A stretch of DNA of 32,000 bases from Dickeya solani IPO 2222 (GTDB lineage Bacteria > Pseudomonadota > Gammaproteobacteria > Enterobacterales > Enterobacteriaceae), in the NCBI RefSeq assembly GCF_001644705.1, contig NZ_CP015137.1, forward strand, positions 3,540,001 to 3,572,000, in the 5' to 3' direction. The notes under the pieces are model-generated. The model did not search any database and was not told the DNA's origin. It saw only the letters and a program-made list of their open reading frames with translations. Position 1 is the stretch's first letter. Every line of letters begins with the position of its first letter. The position numbers and the translations under genes were made by a program. Below, one piece after another: positions 29,385 through 32,000 of the stretch.

Positions 29385-32000
29385 TCAGCTTGTCTGTTTC
29401 TCCACCGTATTGCGATGGAGCAACAAAAACAGCGCCGGAATCACCAGCATCGACAGCAGCGGCGCGCTGACCATGCCGCCAACCATAGGCGCGGCGATAC
29501 GTTGCATGATTTCCGAACCGGTGCCGCCGCCCCACATGATGGGCAACAGTCCGGCCATAATAGTGGCGACGGTCATCATTTTCGGACGCACGCGCAACAC
29601 CGCGCCTTCGCGGATGGCGGCCGTCAACTGATCGTCGGTCAGCGGTTGCCCCGGTTGGCGGTGCTTTTCCACCGCGTGATTCAGGTACAGCAGCATGATC
29701 ACGCCAAACTCCGCCGCCACCCCGGCCAGTGCAATAAATCCCACCGCACCGGCGACAGATAAATTATAGCCGAGCAGATACAACAGCCAGACGCCGCCGA
29801 TCAGTGCAAACGGTAGTGTACCCATAATCAACAGCGCGTCTTTGATCTGGCCGAAAGTCACGTACAGCAGGATGAAAATAATCAGCAGGGTGAAGGGCAC
29901 CACCAGCTTCATGGTTTCCGTCGCGCGCTCCAGATACTCGAACTGACCGGACCAACTGACCGAGATGCCCTGCGGCAGCGTGACCTGCTGCGCCACCTGG
30001 CGTTGCATCTCCTCCACGGCGGATTTCAGGTCGCGCCCGCGCAGGTCGACATAAATCCAGTCGGACAGACGGCCGTTTTCGCTTTTCAACATTGGCGGTC
30101 CTTCGCTGACGCGCACGTCGGCCAGATCGGACAGCGTCAGGCGCGCGCCGCTCTGCGTTACCACCGGTAGATTTTTCACCGCGTCTACCGAGTCGCGGAT
30201 TTCGCGCGGGTAACGCACGTTGATCGGATAGCGCTGGCGGCCTTCCAGCGTTTCGCCGATATTTTCCCCGCCGATCAGGGTGGCGACCATCGACTGCAAT
30301 TCCTGCACCGACACGCCATAGCGGGCGGCTCGTCGCCGGTCGATATCGATATCGATGTAGCGCCCGCCCGCCAGCCGTTCCGCCAGCGCCGACGTCACGC
30401 CGGGCACTCGCTTCACCACCTGCTCGATTTGCGCCGCTATCTGTTCGATATCATGCAGATTGTCGCCGTTCACCTTGATGCCGACCGGGCTTTTGATGCC
30501 GGTCGCCAGCATGTCGAGCCGGTTGCGGATCGGCGGCACCCAGACGTTGGCGATACCGGGAAGGCTGACGGTCTGGTCCAGCTCGGCGATCAGTTTGTCC
30601 ATGGTCATGCCCGGCCGCCACTGTTCCCGCGGTTTCAGGCGGATAGTGGTTTCCAGCATGGTCAGCGGCGCCGGATCGGTAGCGCTGTCGGCACGGCCGG
30701 CCTTGCCGAACACGCTGTCCACTTCCGGCACGGTTTTAATCAGCCGGTCGGTCTGTTGCAACAGCCGGGCGGCCTCGCGCGGCGAAATGCCGGGCAGGGT
30801 GGACGGCATATACAGCAGGTCGCCTTCGTCCAGCGGCGGCATGAATTCGCTGCCGAGGCGGGCAAGCGGGAACAGCGTCAATACCAGCAACGCCAGCGAA
30901 ACCGCCAGCGTGGTTTTGGGAAACCGCAGTACCTGCTGTAACACCGGTTGATACAGGGCGATCAGCCAGCGGTTGAGGGGATTGGTCTGTTCGTCGGGGA
31001 TGCGACCACGCACGAAATAGCCCATCAGCACCGGCACCAGCGTGATCCCCAGACCAGCGGACACCGCCATCGCGTAGGTTTTGGTGAACGCCAGCGGCGA
31101 GAACATACGGCCTTCCTGCGCTTCCAGCGAGAACACCGGGATAAACGACAGCGTGATGATCAGCAGGCTGCAGAACAGCGCCGGTCCCACTTCCGTCGCC
31201 GCCTGGGTGGCAAGCTGCCACCAGGTGGCATTATCCGGCTCGCGTTGCGGATGCTGGTGCCGCCACTGTTCCACCACCTTGTGCATGTTCTCGATCATCA
31301 CGATAGCCGCGTCCACCATGGCGCCGATAGCGATGGCGATCCCGCCCAGCGACATGATGTTGGCGTTGATGCCCTGATAACGCATGATGATAAACGCGCC
31401 CAGAATCCCCAGCGGCAGGCTGATGATCGCCACCAGCGAGGAGCGGAAGTGAAACAGGAACAATGAGCACACCAGCGCCACGACCACGAACTCTTCCAGC
31501 AGTTTGTGGCTGAGGGTGGTAATGGCGCGCTCGATCAGCGGCGCGCGATCGTAAGTGGTGACGATCTCCACCCCGGCGGGCAGGCTTTGGCGGATCTGCT
31601 GCAGGCGGGTATGTACCGCCCGCAACGTCTCCAGCGCGTTTTTGCCGGAGCGCATCACAATAACGCCGCCCGCCACTTCGCCTTCGCCGTTGAGCTCGGC
31701 AATGCCACGGCGCATTTCCGGGCCTTGCCGTAAGGTGGCGACATCCTGCAACAGCACCGGAATGCCGTCGCGCCGGCCTACCGCTACGTTGAGAAAGTCT
31801 TCCGCTTTCAGCAGATAGCCGGAGGTGCGCACCATGTACTCGGCTTCTCCCAGCTCGATAACCGAGCCGCCGCTTTCCTGATTGGCCGCCCGCAGCGCGT
31901 CGATAACCTGCTGGTGCGTCACGTTAAGGGCGCGCAGCCGTTCCGGATTCAATACCACCTGATACTGCCGCACCATGCCGCCGATACTGGCGACTTCCGC
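29385..32000 (-). CDS. cusA: Cu(I)/Ag(I) efflux RND inner-membrane transporter, CusA/SilA-like (HME-RND); N-terminal ~170-180 aa lie beyond the window
   Basis: The frame is open from 32000 down to TGA at 29385-29387. The Met at 31976 is internal (...[16 protein letters not shown] compared with E. coli CusA GGMVKQYQVVLDPQRL). Long collinear similarity includes [43 protein letters not shown] and [35 protein letters not shown]. Confidence 0.9.
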   Translation of the reverse strand, partial: AEVASIGGMVRQYQVVLNPERLRALNVTHQQVIDALRAANQESGGSVIELGEAEYMVRTSGYLLKAEDFLNVAVGRRDGIPVLLQDVATLRQGPEMRRGIAELNGEGEVAGGVIVMRSGKNALETLRAVHTRLQQIRQSLPAGVEIVTTYDRAPLIERAITTLSHKLLEEFVVVALVCSLFLFHFRSSLVAIISLPLGILGAFIIMRYQGINANIMSLGGIAIAIGAMVDAAIVMIENMHKVVEQWRHQHPQREPDNATWWQLATQAATEVGPALFCSLLIITLSFIPVFSLEAQEGRMFSPLAFTKTYAMAVSAGLGITLVPVLMGYFVRGRIPDEQTNPLNRWLIALYQPVLQQVLRFPKTTLAVSLALLVLTLFPLARLGSEFMPPLDEGDLLYMPSTLPGISPREAARLLQQTDRLIKTVPEVDSVFGKAGRADSATDPAPLTMLETTIRLKPREQWRPGMTMDKLIAELDQTVSLPGIANVWVPPIRNRLDMLATGIKSPVGIKVNGDNLHDIEQIAAQIEQVVKRVPGVTSALAERLAGGRYIDIDIDRRRAARYGVSVQELQSMVATLIGGENIGETLEGRQRYPINVRYPREIRDSVDAVKNLPVVTQSGARLTLSDLADVRVSEGPPMLKSENGRLSDWIYVDLRGRDLKSAVEEMQRQVAQQVTLPQGISVSWSGQFEYLERATETMKLVVPFTLLIIFILLYVTFGQIKDALLIMGTLPFALIGGVWLLYLLGYNLSVAGAVGFIALAGVAAEFGVIMLLYLNHAVEKHRQPGQPLTDDQLTAAIREGAVLRVRPKMMTVATIMAGLLPIMWGGGTGSEIMQRIAAPMVGGMVSAPLLSMLVIPALFLLLHRNTVEKQTS

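Overview
This window reads as conserved core enterobacterial chromosome, matching the E. coli nei-gltA-sdh-suc-cyd-tol-pal-nadA-aroG-gpmA neighbourhood. The lineage is probably a moderately GC-rich Enterobacterales member, but I cannot name the genus without a search. Gene order is pxpA' (3' fragment), nei, gltA (-), sdhCDAB-sucABCD, cydA-cydB-cydX-ybgE, ybgC-tolQ-tolR-tolA-tolB-pal-cpoB, two identical tRNA-Lys(UUU) genes, a DUF554 membrane protein, nadA-pnuC, zitB (-), aroG, gpmA (-), and a 5'-truncated cusA-like RND pump (-) running off the right edge. Protein calls rest on by-eye comparison with E. coli K-12 sequences as I remember them; several ORF-track starts were moved to the conserved start codon. 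Many junctions overlap in a way that suggests translational coupling: sdhC/sdhD, sdhD/sdhA, sucC/sucD, cydX/ybgE and ybgC/tolQ. I found no CRISPR array, transposase, integrase, toxin-antitoxin pair or defence-like gene cluster, and no unexplained multi-gene system. The one clearly unusual structure is non-coding. Directly after the second tRNA-Lys there are about 2.7 tandem copies of a 170/171-bp unit. Each full unit ends in an exact 18-nt copy of the tRNA 3' end and carries an internal 10-nt complement to it, which recalls the E. coli tyrT 178-bp repeat / rtT RNA locus. Smaller curiosities are a 3x16-nt tandem repeat in the tolR-tolA spacer, structured sdhB-sucA and sucB-sucC spacers, candidate NadR, Fur, FNR, ArcA and CRP operators, and cusA adjoining gpmA. 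The long antisense ORFs in the track are treated as codon-bias artefacts. All regulatory-site calls are consensus matches by eye and need computational or experimental confirmation.
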